Shown piece by piece: positions 11,521 through 26,473 of a DNA stretch of 64,000 nucleotides. The notes beneath the pieces were generated by a model that was given only the letters and a program-made list of their open reading frames with translations, made no database searches and had not been told where the DNA came from. This stretch comes from Azolla caroliniana. Taxonomy: Eukaryota > Plantae > Polypodiophyta. The stretch spans positions 18,476,001 through 18,540,000 of the forward strand of contig JBHGNT010000016.1 in assembly GCA_043228905.1 (NCBI GenBank), given 5' to 3'. Positions within the stretch are counted from its first letter, which is position 1. Every line of letters begins with the position of its first letter. The translations under genes and the position numbers were made by a program.

Positions 11521-14500
11521 AAATACCCCAACCAACCCTTTCGCCGAGTCTCATGGCACGGACAATGCCACGAAGGAGGCCACACGTCCCCCTTGATAAG
11601 AACCCACCAACATTTCAAAGCGTATGTTACGGGCATGACCATTTAATATCCCGTGGTGAGAATTTACCGTAGTATTCTATACACGTGGATAAGTGTGAGG
11701 GTTAAACGAGAATGTAAAGAAGGGGAGGATTACTTTTAATACTCGGGATTGAGACAACCCATTAGGTCAAGTGTGAACTTGCCTGGGGGCCTTGGGTATC
11801 GCTATAAATAAGAGGCCTAACTACCTCATTTGATCATCTTTTGACTACATCGAGACTCTGCTCTTGTGGTGGGTCAACTCTTGTAGCGAGCGCGCCAGCA
11901 CCAAGTACGATTCGACGCCACGACAGTGGTATGGGACGCCGATCGAGGCTCAAGTCCATCTCGATCCCTTCGCTTGAGGGTGGTCGGGTGGATCGACACC
12001 CTTCTTTCTCTTTCTCCTTTCTATTTATCATTAGTTTATCCTTATCTTAAGCTTACTTTAGTACCTAGATCTCTAATATTTGGTATCAGAGCTATGTACT
12101 AATGTTTCTTTGTTTTTCGTTTGTCTTTTGATTGATGGTGATCGATCGATGTGCGGTCGGCCTTGATCTAGACAACGATCAACAAAGAACTTTGGTAACT
12201 CTTTCCGTATTTTTTTTTTCTCTATTCTCTCTTCTCCCATCTAATCATGTTTTTAGTTTATATGTCTTTTTTTTTCATTAAGTCAATGATGTTGTAGCGG
12301 TCTTTAATTGATTATCTAAAACGTTTACATATGTGCACGAGGTCAATACCTCGTTTGACATATAAATAATATGTGATGAGTGTCGTATGCGTACGAGGTT
12401 AATACCTCAATTACGTATTACGTTCACGAACATATGTTACGTTTGCGTATGAGTTTAATACCTTGATTTGTTGTAAAGGATATGTGTTTGGTCTCGTATG
12501 CGTAAGAGGTCAATTCCTCAATTGCGTATTACAATGATCTCTTATTTGTGGATGTTTCATGTGCATAGACGTATATACCTCGATTACGTATCTCGGTCAC
12601 ATCATTTGTGGCTATTTAATATAACGATATGTTTAATATAGGCATATGTGGTCACGTATATACGTATTTGATCGTATATATGTGATAAGTAAACATATGT
12701 GTATATTCGTTATTACGTGATTATATCGAAAGTTGTCCTTGTCGGGAAAAGGATGTTGGTGGCCGTCCTCACATTTTTGTGAGAATGGCGTTGTCACCAT
12801 CCCTTTTTAAACAATTTTTGATTGTTGACAACCCCGTTGATGACCTCGATTTCGTTACGTAAAGAAACGATTATAGCCATAATGATGTTGAGTACGTAGG
12901 GCTTGACCCACTTCAAGTGAGGTCACTCCAATGACACACGTATCCAACATCCCTCCCTCGTTACATGGATACGATGCCACCATGAGCTCGTTCTTACGAG
13001 AGGCATTCGTAATGACGTGACCATGTGATGGGCCACGTGGGCCTACTACGAAACGAGGGCTCATTTGGCTTGACCATTAGGTTGCACTTTGGCGTATGCC
13101 ATCGTAATTACGAGACTTGAGGTTAGGTAACATACCAACATAGTTTTGGTAAATGAGGGCGAAATACGGACCCTTGACATATATGTTCTTTTAAAAAAAA
13201 CATATATGATCAAATATGACCAAGACCATACAACATCCTTGATACATATGACTATAACACATGTTTAGACTTAAGGTCTAAGTGCACCTCGGGGTCCTCG
13301 TAATAGGACTTAAAGAGTCGAAACCACTTATGTGGGCACCGAAACATAGTTTATTGTTAACATTTTTTTCGTGTATAAACTATTCATGACGCGAACATAC
13401 ATGGTTGAGCCTCGGGGAGCCACCATGAAAAAATTGATATAGAGATCAGGGAAAGACATTTATTTGTCACCCCCATGGTTTTTAAAACACCTTTGTGTTA
13501 CCATAGTAACCTGATCTTGAACCTCATCTCATACGTCTAGAGGGGTATTGACGTGAGATAATGATATCGATTAATGCTCGCCCATGATATGTTTACATCA
13601 CGACATGATGTTATGACTATATCTCTGACCTTATCCTATTTCTTTTCCAGAAATAATCTTTAATGGCTCAAATTAACGACCCGATGTCATCCGCTCAAGC
13701 GGAAGGAACTCAAGGGAATCCTCCTGGACAAATGTCCATTGAGATGTATTTGGCACAAATAACCCAATACCTTAGTTTCACCGCTCAACAGATGACCGAA
13801 CTTCGGCAATCTCAGAGTGCTCTTGAGGCACGTGTCATTAGTCTACAACGTGAGACTAATAGACCTGATGAGCGACAAGGTGAACCATCATTTGTCGTTA
13901 AGCCATTTACGGGAGACAAAAAGGAAAGAACCGAAGAAGCAATCTGCACATGGCTGGGACGATGGGAGTCTCATTTTGAGCTCTATCCCACGCCAGATAG
14001 TATGAAGATTGCATATGTCGGCCGAGAACTCGAGGGTAAGGCCGCCGCCTGGTGGCGTGGGCTCCGTACTATGGGGAAATTTCTCGATACCTGATTTAGG
14101 GTTTTTAAGGGCCAATTTTTGCAACCTCCCTCTCGAACCGAGGAACCACAAGCTTTAATGAACCTCTCTAGCAGGAAATTTTCCTCCCTAGAAGACTATG
14201 TTCACCATGCTAGAACCCAAATCCAAAAATCGGGTCTAGAAGGGGACAATTGGTTGATAGCTTGTTTTGTCAATGGCATCCCCAATTCGGACTATCATTG
14301 GATAGTGCATGATAAGGATCCAAAATCCTTCGAAGAGGCCGTTGAAATAGTTATTCGCTATCAACGCACTTCGAAGAAGGACCACAACAAACCCAACGAA
14401 GCGCCCGGGACTAAGCAGTTGCAATTTGTTGGGAAACGCAAGACACCCAACGAATTCCTGGATCGCGATTGTAAGCGACAACATCCTTTTTGGGCATTCT

Positions 14501-15656
14501 GCAAAAAGAAGGGTCACACAAAAGAGCAATGTCGAAAGCTCCAACGGAAAGAGCATGACAGCAAACCTAAAGCTTCAGACCATAAAGGTCAGATTCCTAA
14601 TGTCCTTCAGGTCTATACACATCATTTAAGTAATTGTCAATGTTCTTTCCCTCACTATGTATTGGGTCCCAATGATTTACTATGTGCAAACGGGTATATC
14701 AATGGATCTCCTGTACAATTTTTATTTGATTCGGGAAGCTCACACAATTTTGTGAATGATCGTTTGGTTCAGATATGGGGAATCCAACCCACCGTAACTG
14801 ATCACACCTACACGGTGGACTTGGCTGATGGAAGATGGAAGAGTACAATACATCAACGGGGCAATTCATTCATTAGGAATTTCTATTGATACTTATATAG
14901 AGGAAGTAGACTTCCATGTAATGAATCTTTGTACCACCAATGTAATACTGGGTTATCCCTGGTTTTATAATAAAAACTCTTCTTTATTTATTGATTGGGT
15001 TCGCCATTCCATTTCTTTTGTACTGAACGATTGTACGCATTTTATTCAATGTATCAAAAAACAATCCCTCTCGATTGTTTCCTCGTGTTCATCAAAATCC
15101 GAGTTATCTTGTTCTACGTTATTTTATTGTGTACTTGATCCAGACATTCACGTTTACAATATCGATAATGTCCCGGTTCAATTAACATATTTTGAACAAC
15201 AACAACTTGATGAAATCTTAAATGATTTTCATGATGTTTTTCCAAGTGAACTACCTGATGGGTTAACTCCTAAACGTAATATAGACCATTGTATAGATAT
15301 TGTACCTGGTGTTGCACCAATAAGTATACCTCCGTATCGCTTAAGTCGATCTGAAGAAGATGAGGTATCTAAGCAACTCAAGGACTACTTATGAATGCGT
15401 TATATACGTTATAGTAAATCTCCATGGGGTGCACCAGTTCTCTTGGTAAAAAAGAAAGAGGGCACATGGCGTATGTGTATTAATTATCGACGCTTGAATA
15501 AAGTGACGATCAAGAATTTGTACCCATTGCCCCGGGCTGACGATCTAATTGACCGTCTCTAGGGAGCTCGGTATTTTACGAAACTTGATCTCCGTACTGG
15601 CTACCATCAAATACAAATAAGTGAGGACGATATTCCTAAAATGGCATTTCGTACGC

Positions 15657-18600
15657 TGTCGTGGAGAATTTCGGCAAGAGGCGGAAACCGGGAAACATTG
15701 GCTACATCGGCGGGGTGCAGCATGTGTGCTCACCCGTGTACATTTCGTGTGAATAACGAGGGCGCCTTTATGGCGCCGAAGAGTAGTCCAATCGGGACAG
15801 ACGATCCCATGTAAGTCGGGATTTATCCCACATTGTAACGCATCCCTCTCCTTGTTCTATAAAAGGAAGGGAGCGCCCTTTGTGAAAGGGGTTGCCCATT
15901 TTGTGTTAGAGGGTATACCGTTAGGTTTAGAGTTAGGTTTCATTTTCTTCTTCTTCTTCGCGGGGGAGGTCGACTGTTGAGGGTTGTTCCTGCTCGGTCT
16001 CCTGTGCAAGACCCCGCTCTGCGTGACGAGCCCGTGAGCTCCCCCGACGGCGGCTTGGCTGCAGACTGTTGTTGTAACCTACCCTAGCTTGGTCCGGCTC
16101 GAAGCCGTGAATGTATTCCTCCTTTTATATATATACATTTGCGTCTGTCTGTGTATATTGGTGTCTTTGTTGGTGTCGGGTGCTTCCCCTTTTCTTGTGT
16201 TTCCTGTACGTAAGGGCGTGAGTCGGGTCGGCCTGTGTGTGTGTGTGTGTGTGTGCGCGCGCGCGCGTGAGTCGGCGTCAAACGCGCACTCCCTCTCTTT
16301 CTCTCTCTCCCTTCGGTTGATTCCGGTGTGCTTCTGGGATGCCCCGGAAACGGTGAAGCACGACTTCCTACGCTCCGTCACTCCTTAGTCCAAGACCCCC
16401 GTGGTCCCGCCTTTCTCCACGCACGCGCGTAACAACGCGACATCTTTGGTGAACCCGACGTGAAAGGCGGCAAGGGAGGATGGAGTTGGAAGACGACGAC
16501 CTCATGGCGATGGTGGCCAAAGTGGTGTTGGAGTCGGCACCAGTGGTGATGAGGCGAGAAGCAGCGCAACAAGCGGTTGAGCGAGTGGTCGAAAGAGTCG
16601 GCCGTTTCAACGGCGACAAAGTCCCATCTTACTTGGAAGCCTACAACGCGGAAATGGAGGAGCGAGACGTGGACGAAGTGTTGAGGATGGAATTCTTCTG
16701 TTGGGATCTCGCCGTCCGTATGCACGCAGAAGAAAAGGAGCTCCGACAAGCTCATAGTTCATGGGAGGCCTTTGAAGAGGCGCTCCTGCAGGCATATGGA
16801 GGACGGCGGAAGAGCCGGGGATGACACGACTTCGACCAGTGGGTCGCATCGGCAAAGACCCACCGGGGCGCGACGAAGGCGTTCCGAGAGTTCGAGCGAT
16901 GGCTTGCTCGGCTCCCGGAGCGGGAACAAGGTTTGGTGGGGACGGACAAGGTCCTATTGTTCGTTAAGTCGATCGATCGAGCGGAACGGGAGGCCATCGG
17001 GATGGAGCTCGAAGACGATGACGGAGCGAATGGGCTTACGGAGGACTGGTCGAAGGTCGGAAGGGTGTGCCAACGGCTAGACGATGAGCGAGCCGAGAAG
17101 GCTAAGAGGAAGGCGCGCGACGGCGTGCCATCACAGCGGGAAGAGGCCGAACGGCAAAGGGAGTTGGCAAGGGTCAGCGTTGAGGCCCGGATTGCGGAGG
17201 CGTACGCAACTCTCAAGGCGATGCTCGAGGAAGAGGAAAGATCGAGGCTCCAAGCTGAGACCGAGGAGACGGTCTTGCCCCATGAGATGGCGGAAGATCG
17301 GTACCACGGTACCACAGGAGAGGGTGCGGAACAAAACACCCTCTCGACTTGCGGAGAATTGCCGACTGAGGACAAGGTCGGGAGCGGAGAAGAGCCCTCG
17401 ACGCAGATTCCGGAGACTCCGGCGATCGTGCCCGTGTGCCGACATGAGACCGGAGAGAAGGGAGGCGCCGGCGAGGAGTCCTGGCATGATGCCAACGGAG
17501 ATGGATGGGAAACGGCTTGCGAGGAGGCCGAGGACGGAAGCGGCATGAGAAGATCGGCATTCCGATTTGGATGGAGCGTAATCCGGTCGTGGATTGTTCG
17601 ACCGAGGCCGGATTCGGCATGAAGGTGCCAATACGGAAGAGGGTGCGGGATGAGCCGCCCTCTTTTACATGGGAAGAAAGACTGACCGGGCGAAGGTCGA
17701 GAATTCGAAGGAAGGTGATCAAAGGTTTAGAACAAGTCTGGCAAGGTCGGCATCGGAGCCGAAACTTCGGACATTGGAGAATCAAGCTCAGGCGGGGCTT
17801 GATTGATCACAGAGCGGATGCTATCCACCGACACCACTAAAAGGGGTGGTGGTCCGGACGAGGCGCCGAAAGACGTTGCAAAAAAAAAATCGGTTACCCC
17901 ACGTCCTATCCGGAGACTTCGGCAGTTCGGTCGACGTGGCAACGTGAGACCAAAAGAGATGGAGGATGGAGGCGAGAACGCGAGAAGGAGAGCAATGACG
18001 AGTTCGGGAGAAGTACAGGGGATGAAGAGGAGAATAAAGGCCGGTCCTACAGAGATACTTACACCGATCCGGCTATCGGCCCGAGTGCCGGCGTGGGTCC
18101 TATAGGAGAGATCGGTGGCGACAGGAGATCGGGACCTAGCAATGCAAAGACTGACGAACGGACCCGGATGAGAACCGGGCGGAGCGGACTTCCGGAAAAC
18201 CATTCCGGGAGGGAGGAAGAGAGCAGGCCTACGAAGAGGCCGGGAACACGGTACGTCGGTACCACAGGAGAGGGTGTGGAGCGAGCCACCCTCTCGACTT
18301 ACGAGAGAAGGAAGACCCAGGATGAGGGTCAAAGATATGGCAAGCCCGAGGAGGATCCTTCACACCGGTTCTACAGAAACCGTCGGTCGGCCTGAGAGCC
18401 GGCGCGAGGCCTAAAGTGATGAACGGTGGCGGCGAGGGGACGAAGGCAAAGGGCTACGGATGGGCGGTCCACGGAGATCCTCACACCGATTCGGCGTTGG
18501 CCCGAGTGCCGGCGTGAGTCCTATAGGGGAGATCGGTGGCGGCAGGAGAACGTGAGAGGATGACGGAAGCAGAGAAGGAAGGTACCAAGCCAGCGAGGCG

Positions 18601-20654
18601 GCTACGAACCGAATCGGACCTTCCGGCAAGGTTAGAGGGCGTAAGGAAGTCCGGTCCTACGGGATCCCCACACTTAACCAGAGACTCCGACAGTTCGGCC
18701 AACGTGGCAACATGAGACTGAGAGAGAAGGTTGGTGGCGGCGAGAAATGGAACCTGACTACGCGGAAGACACGAGGAGAGTCGTGAGGGACTCAAACAAA
18801 AGACACCCGGATCTCGGCAAGCGAAGAAACAAAGACAGGTCCTATGGGACCCTCACACCGATCCGGAGACTCCGACAGTTCGGCCAATGTGGCGACGTGA
18901 GACCTAGGGAGAAGGACGGTGGCGGCAGGGAACGGGACCCGACGACACGAGGTAGCGGATAGGGAGCCGGTAAGACGGGCGGACGAAGTGCGAAACCCTC
19001 ACCGGCCGGTTACGGTTTCGGAAGGAGCCGGTAGGGGCAAACACGGGGAGGTGTGTCAGGCCGGAAAGGCACACCTGGGACGGAACAAGAGTCTCGCAAG
19101 TGGCCATTGCGGGCCGGATCGAAGCATGACTGCGGGACGGTGTTCGGCGCAGGCGGAAGACGGCACAAGGGAGGTGTCGGGAACGAGGTGACGAGTGCCT
19201 AGTGGATTGCATAGGGTTGGAGTCAAGGGATGGCAAAAGAGGCTGGAGGAGGATCCTCCACACTCGCTTCGTAGATCTCGGTAGCTCCGTCGAAGTAGCG
19301 AAGACTGACACGGCAAGCCGGGGTGACAAGCTGGTGGGGGCGAGGGGACGACGGCAAGCGAAAGACTCAGGACCTGTTGCAGCAGCACGAAGACGGGAAG
19401 GGCCAAGCGGGCTACTACGGGGTGTTCCTCGGATGTGGAGGACACCAGTATGCGGGTGAGCGGCGATGCACGATCTGGCCGGGAAAGGGGCCGACAAGGC
19501 ATGCAATGAACCGGAGTACGGCAGAGGCAGTGCCAAACAACGGACGAGGGTATGTGGCACACGGAGGTGCCGGAGCGGGAAGGCGAGCGCGGAGACAGTT
19601 TGCGCGGTTCGGAGGTAGCGCGGAGGAGGCCAGAGAGGGATCCTCCACACCATTCCGGAGGCCATGGCGGTTCGAACCATCGCGGCAATGTAAGACCATG
19701 GAGAAGGAAGGTGGCGGCGAGAGGACGAGGGCAACGCGAAACAACATGGGACGACAATAAGGATGACGCGAATGATCAACGGAGGCCAAGCGGGCCGCTA
19801 CGGGCGTTCCCCAAGCGGAGGACATCGGGCATACGGCGGGGATCGGGGCGTTCATACGGCCGAACAAGGGCCAGCGGAAGTACGCGTACTACGGAGATCG
19901 CGGCAAAGGACCCATCGACGGGTCGAACGAGCCTACGGGGAGGTAAGCGCGAAGGAAGAACTGAAGCCGACGGATCAAACCGGCAGCGAGCCGGGATGCG
20001 GATTACGGAAGACCGGTTTCTCACCGGCCGAAATCTCTCACCCTTCACCAGATTTGGCACGTACCGGTGGACGTGCGGTTAGGTGGGGGCGGATGTCGTG
20101 GAGAATTTCGGCCAGAGGCGGAAACCGGGAAACATTGGCTACATCGGCGGGGTGCAGCATGTGTGCTCACCCGTGTACATTTAGTGTGAATAACGAGGGC
20201 GCCTTTATGGCGCCGAAGAGTAGTCAAGTCGGGACAGACGATCCCATGTAAGTCATTGTAACGCATCCCTCTCCTTGTTCTATAAAAGGAAGGGAGCGCC
20301 CTTTATGAAAGGGGTTGCCCATTTTGTGTTAGAGGGTATACCGTTAGGTTTAGAGTTAGGTTTCATCTTCTTCTTCTTCTTCGCGGGGGAGGTCGACCGT
20401 TGAGGGTTGTTCCCGCTCGGTCTCCTTTGCAAGACCCCGCTCTGCGTGACGAGCCCGTGAGCTCCCCGGACGGCGGCTTGGCTGCAGACTGCTGTTGTAA
20501 CCTACCCTAGCTTGGTCCGGCTCGAAGCCGTGAATGTATTCCTCCTTTTATATATATACATTTGCGTCTGTCTGTGTATATTGGTGTCTCTGTTGGTGTC
20601 GGGTGTTTCCCCTTTTCTTGTGTTTCCTGTACGTAAGGGCGTGAGTCGGGTCGG

Positions 20655-20706
<52 letters not shown>

Positions 20707-20878
20707 TGAGTCGGCGTGAGTCGGCTCCCTCTCTTTCTCTTTCTCCCTTCGGTTGATTCCGGTGTGCTTCTGGGATGCCCCGGAAACGGTGAAGCACGAC
20801 TTCCTATGCTTCGTCACTCCTTAGTCCAAGACCCCCGTGGTCCTGCCTTTCTCAACGCACGCGCGTAACAACGTGACA
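15657..20878 (+). mobile_element. Element E: non-autonomous LTR element (gag-like ORF, no recognisable pol), tRNA-Trp PBS, 4-bp TSD
   Basis: LTRs at 15657-16442 and 20094-20878 (TGTCGTG...GACA, with (TG)n and (CT)n tracts). PBS TGGTGAACCCGACGTGAA at 16447-16464, PPT AGGTGGGGGCGGA at 20081-20093. Removing the ACGC TSD restores D's RT frame. Confidence 0.92.
16480..17622 (+). pseudogene. gag-like ORF of element E (one internal stop near 16822)
   Basis: VGRFNGDKVPSYLEAYNAEM...KVLLFVKSID, directly after the PBS. A homolog lies at 32623-31995 on the minus strand in F. Confidence 0.65.
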
Positions 20879-22940
20879 ACGCGCTATGGCCATTACGAGT
20901 TTTTGGTTATGCCTTTTGGTTTGACCAATGGTCCGACTACTTTTCAACAAGAAATGAATGACATTTTCCAAGAACAACTTGGAAAATTTGTCATTATTTT
21001 CTTGGATGATATTTTAGTTTATAGCCGTACATTAAAAGAACATGCTAGACATGTCCGCTTTGTTTTACAAACATTGCGTGACAAACAGTTTTATGCGAAG
21101 ATCTCAAAATGTGAGTTCTTCAAGAAATCAATTACTTATCTAGGACATCTTATAGCCGAACGAGGAGTTGAAATTGATCCTTCTCGCATTGAGAAAATCA
21201 AGCTTTGGCCCACTCTTCGGAATATTCGAGAAGTTCGATCATTCCTTGGTTTTGTCGGGTTTTTGCGAAAGTCTCTTCGTAATTACTCCCAATTGACGAC
21301 GTCGTTTACTGATCTTTTAAAAGGTCAAACGCGTAAGTCTACAAAACCTATTGTGTGGAATTCTACACTAGACCTCGCCTTTAAGGAACTCAAGGACCTG
21401 GTTTGCAAGGCTCCTTCACTTCTTTTACCTGATCCTTCAAAACCTTTTGAGGTTGAAACCGATGCAAGCGATTATGCTATAGGTGTTGTCTTGTATCAAG
21501 ATGGTAAACCAATAGCATTCGAGAGAAAGAAATTTGATTCTGCTCAATGTCGGTATACCGTTCAAGAAAAGGAATTATTTGCAGTTATACATGCGCTCAA
21601 AACATGGCGCCATTATCTTTATGGAAATTGCTTTGTGGTAACTACGAACTAGGAGTCCTTGAAATATTTTTGTGAACAACAAGACCTGAAAGGTCGTAAG
21701 GCACGATGGGCTGATCTCATCCAAGACTTTGATTTTTCCATACGATATCGTAAAGGTTCCATGAACATTGTCGTTGATGCACTAAGTCGCACCCGTGAAG
21801 TTAACATGCTTAGCTTCACTAAAATAACATCAGATCTTTATGATCACCTTCGAGGAAAGTATCCTGATGACAATTATTTTGCAAAATACTGGGCAAGAGT
21901 TGAGTCTGGAACAGACACCACCACATCCTTGAAGGAATACTTCCACATTGCTAACGGTTTGCTCTACTGTAATGGGAAGGTTTGTGTTCCAGATTTACCC
22001 GAGGTCAAAAAGAGGATTATTTTTGAATGCCATGATGCACCCTCAGCAGGGCACCCTGGAATACATCGTACACTCGTTCTCATCTCCACTCAATTTTATT
22101 GGCCTAAGATGCGTCCTGACATACATAACTATGTGACTAAATGTCACCAGTGTCAGGTTAACAAAGCCGAGCGACTTAAAGCAGCGGACTTTTACATCCT
22201 TTGGACATTCCCAATAATAAGTGGGAAAGTATATCCATGGATTTTATTGTTAGCCTTCCTCGCACCCAAAAAGGTCATGATGCCATCTGGGTTGTCGTTG
22301 ATCGACTAACTAAAATGGCTAGATTTATTGCTACTAAAACCACGGTAACAGCTCCTGAATTGGCTTACCAATTCGTTGACGAATTATTTCGTTTTTATGG
22401 GTTACCGATCGATATCGTGAGTGATCGAGATCCAAAGTTGACTAGTGACTTCTAGACGCAAGTCTTTAAGAAGTTAGAAACTACGTTGAGCAGGAGCTCC
22501 ACGGATCATCCTCAATCCGATGGACAGACAGAACAAGTAAATCAAATTATTGAGGACATGCTTCGAGCATACGTTGGTGCAAAACCAACAAAATGGGAAC
22601 GTTATCTCCCAATTTTGGAGTTTGCTTATAACAGCTCCAAGTCGACGGGATATAGTCCTTTTATGTTGATGTATGGTTTTCAGCCACAAGCCCCGATTGA
22701 TGTTAATATACATCATGATGAGTTGCGAAGTACGCAAAACTTTCTTTGGGATATGCAAGATATGTTGCATATTGCACGAGATAATATAAAAACAGCTCAA
22801 GATAGAGCGATGTCGCGTTGTTATGCGCATGCGTGGAGAAAGGCGGGACCACGGGGGTCTTGGACGAGAGAGTGATGGAGCGTAGGGAGTCGTGCTTCAC
22901 TGTTTCTGGGGCATCCCAGAAACACACCGGAAGCAACCGA

Positions 22941-22988
<48 letters not shown>

Positions 22989-25900
22989 CTTAACACCGAC
23001 TCACGCACACACACACACACACGCACACGCAGCTCAACCTGACTCACGCCTTATGTACAGAAAACGCAGGAGAGGGTAAGCACCCGACGCCAACAACGAC
23101 GCGAATATACACAGACAAACATAAACGTATATGTATGTATATATATATGAAGAATACATTCCCGGCTTCGAGCCGGGCTGAGGTAGGTTACTGTAGTCGT
23201 CTGCTGCCAAGCCGCCGTCGGGGAGCTCTCAGCTCGTCGCGCCGAGCGGGGTCTTGCACAAGAGGCCTAACCAAAGCAAACCGTAAGCAAACACGAAGGA
23301 GAGAGAAGAAGAACCTAACTCTAAACCTAACGGTATACCCTCTAATGCAAAATGGGCAACCCTTTCACAAAGGGCGTTCCCTTCCTTTTATAGAACAAGG
23401 AAAGGGATGTGTTACAATGTGGGACAAATCCCACCTTCCATGGGATCGTTTGCCCCTACTTGACTACTCTTCGGCGCCATAAAGGCACCCTCGATATTCA
23501 CACTAAATGTACATGGGTGCGTACACACACTGCACCCCGCCGATGTAGCCAATGTTTCCCAGTTTCCGCCTCTGGACGAAATTCTTCACGACATCCGCCC
23601 CCACCTAACTGCACGTCCACCGGTATGTGCCAAATCTGGTTGAAGGGTGAGAGATTTCGGCCGGTGAGAAACTGGTTTCCCGTGATCCGCATCCCGGCTC
23701 GCTGCCGGTTTGATCCGTCGGTTGTTTGGCACCGCCTGTGCCGTACTCCGGTTCATTGCACGCCTCGTCGGCCCCTTTCCCGGCCAGATCGTGCATCGCC
23801 GCTCACCCGCATACCGGTGTCCTTTGCATCCGAGGAACACCCCGTAGTAGCCCGCTTGGCCCTTTCCATCTTTGTGCTGCCGCGATAGGTCCTGAGTCTT
23901 CCACTTCCTTCGTTCGGCCTGCCCGTGCCGAACACCGTCCCGTAGTCACGCTTCGATCCGGCTCGCGATGGTCACTTGCGAGATTCTTGTTCTGTCCAAG
24001 GTGTGCCTTTCAAGCCTGACACACCTCCCCGTGTTCACCCCTACCGGCTCCTTCCGATACCTCGTGTCGTCGGGTCCCGTTCCCTGCCGCCACCGTCCTT
24101 CTCCCTCGGTCTCACGTTGCCACGTTGGCCGAACTACCGGAGTCTCCGGATCGGTGTGAGGGTCCCATAGGACCGGACTCCATTTCTATGCTTGCCGAAA
24201 CTAGGGTGTCTTTTGTTTGAGTCCCTCTCGGACTCTCCTCGTGTCTTCCGCGTAGTCGGGTCCCGTTTCCCGCCGCCACCAACCTTCTCTCTCGGTCTCA
24301 TGTTGCCACGTTGGCCGAACTGCCGGAGTCTCTGGTTAAGTGTGGGGATCCCGTAGGACAGGACTTCCTTACGCACATTGTCTTCGTCACCTCGCCGCCA
24401 CAGTCAGTATCTTGGTCTTACGTCGGCCGCGTTGCCGACCGCCGAAGTCTCTAGAACCGGTGTGAAGGATCCTTCGTAGACCTTCGTCGCCTTCTTGACC
24501 TTGTCCCGGGTCGTCCTTTTCCACATTGCCGAGAGGGCGTTTTGTTTCGCACCCTCTCCCGTGGTACCGACGTACCGTGTCCTCGGCCTCTTCGTAGGCC
24601 GGCTCTCTTCCTCCCTCCCGGAATGGTCATCCGGGAGTCCGCTCCGCCCGGTTCTCGTCCAGGTCCGTTCGTCCTTCTCCGGATTGTTGAGTCCCGTTCT
24701 CCTGTCGCCATCGATCTCTCTTATAGGACTCACGGCGGCACTCGGGCCTGCAGCAGGATCGGTGTAAGGAATCCCATAGGACCGGCTTTCATTCTCGTTC
24801 ATAATCTCGACCTTCGCCCGGTCGGTCTTTCTCCCCATGTAAAAGAGGGGGGCTCGTCCCGCACCCCCTCTCGTATCGGCACCTTTATGCCGAGCCCGGC
24901 CTTGATCAAACGACCCACGACCGGATCACGCTCCACCCGTATCGGAATGCCGATCTCCACGTGCCGTGTCCGTCCTCGGCCTTCCCGCAGGCCGTCTCCC
25001 ATCCGTCTTCGTTGGCATCGTGCCAGGACTCCTTGGTACCGCCATCCATCTCCTCGGTCTTATATGGGCATACGGGCCCGAATGCCGAGTTCTCCGGAAT
25101 TGGGTCCGTGGGCTTTTGTCCGCTCCTTCCTTGTATCGTCTCGCCGGTGATTCTTGGCCTTTCGCCGCCGCCTTCCTCCGCTTGGGACTCACGTGGGCAC
25201 TTGGGCCCGACTGCCATCGTCTCGGGAGTAAGTGGGGGAAGACACAAAGAATCGCCCGTCCGTTTTACGCCCTTGTCCGTAGCCACCGGCTCTCCGTGGT
25301 CGGCGGTCGTCTTCTTACCGATCGCGCAAGCCCCATCTGGGCTTGCTTCTCCAATGACCGGGATCTCGGGCTGACACGCCCGAAACCGCTGGTCCCAACG
25401 TTCCGGTTCCGCGATCGGTATCTCGGCCTCGTCCTTGGCCGTTCTATCTCCGCAAGTCGAGAGGGCGTTTTGTTCCGCACCCTCTCCTGTGGTATCGTCG
25501 TACCGATCTTCCGCCATCGCGTGGGGCAAGTCCGTCTCCTTGGTCTCGGCTTCCGGCCTTGATCTTCCCTCTTCCTCGAGCATCGCTTTGAGAGCTGCGT
25601 ACGCCTCCGCAATCGTGGCCCTAACGCCGATCCTTGCCAACTCCCTTTTCCGTTCGGCCTCTTCCCGCTGTGATGGCACGCCGTCGCGTACCTTCTGTGA
25701 AAGTGTTTTTAGAATTCAAGGTATTGAAGTCTACAAAAATATAAGGTATGGAGCATTCACACCCGAAGGCCAAGAACACGAATCAAGGTTTCAAGTATAA
25801 GTCAAACTAAAAGCAAGAAAGATGGAGAAAAGTAAAAGAAGGAAAAAGCAGTCAGAAACCAACGCTCATAACTCTCTCGTTTGATACCCAAATATCACGT

Positions 25901-26473
25901 GTAAATATGGGTTAGAAAGTTTATGACGAGAGCTATCCGTAGCTTTTTAAAACTCTAAATTTGGAGCATGGATGAGGGAGATATGACGATTAGAAGGTCG
26001 ATGTGTCATAGCTAAAAATAGGGAGATAAAAAGCTTCTAAAAATAGCATGAACGTGGATAAGAAGAGGAAGGTTATAAAAGAAGAAGTGATATTGGGCTA
26101 AGAGTGAAGGCCAAAGAGTGGATGAGGAGTGTTAGGAAGAAGTGTCTTTGTGGAAGAGGAAGTGTCTTAGAAGAGGAAGGTCTTTGGTTTTAGTTCAATG
26201 TGGAGTTTGTCTCCTTTGTATTCTCTTGATGTTGGAATATCAGAACATTCTTATTTCTTGCTCGCTTTCTCTATCTTTTTTCTTAGTTTCTTGAGTTATA
26301 CTCTCTAATCATAATTACCTAGAGCTATATAATATATTATGATTTTCAACTCCATCTAATCGGTTTGGTCAAGCCCTCATATAGTGTATAACTATCTATT
26401 ATCTTATACACCCTATCATTTTGGCGCTCCAGGTCCTTTCTGTATAACGGGAGGAACGGTTGTCTACTAATTG

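Noticed and set aside
16447-16464. tRNA gene
   Set aside because: Only the 18-nt complement of a tRNA 3' end (a PBS), with no cloverleaf. The same holds for the other PBS sites.
17600-20090. Many overlapping ORFs of 100-290 aa on both strands (also at 23600-25690)
   Set aside because: Expected from high GC content. There are no domain motifs, and the frames are not conserved between E and F.
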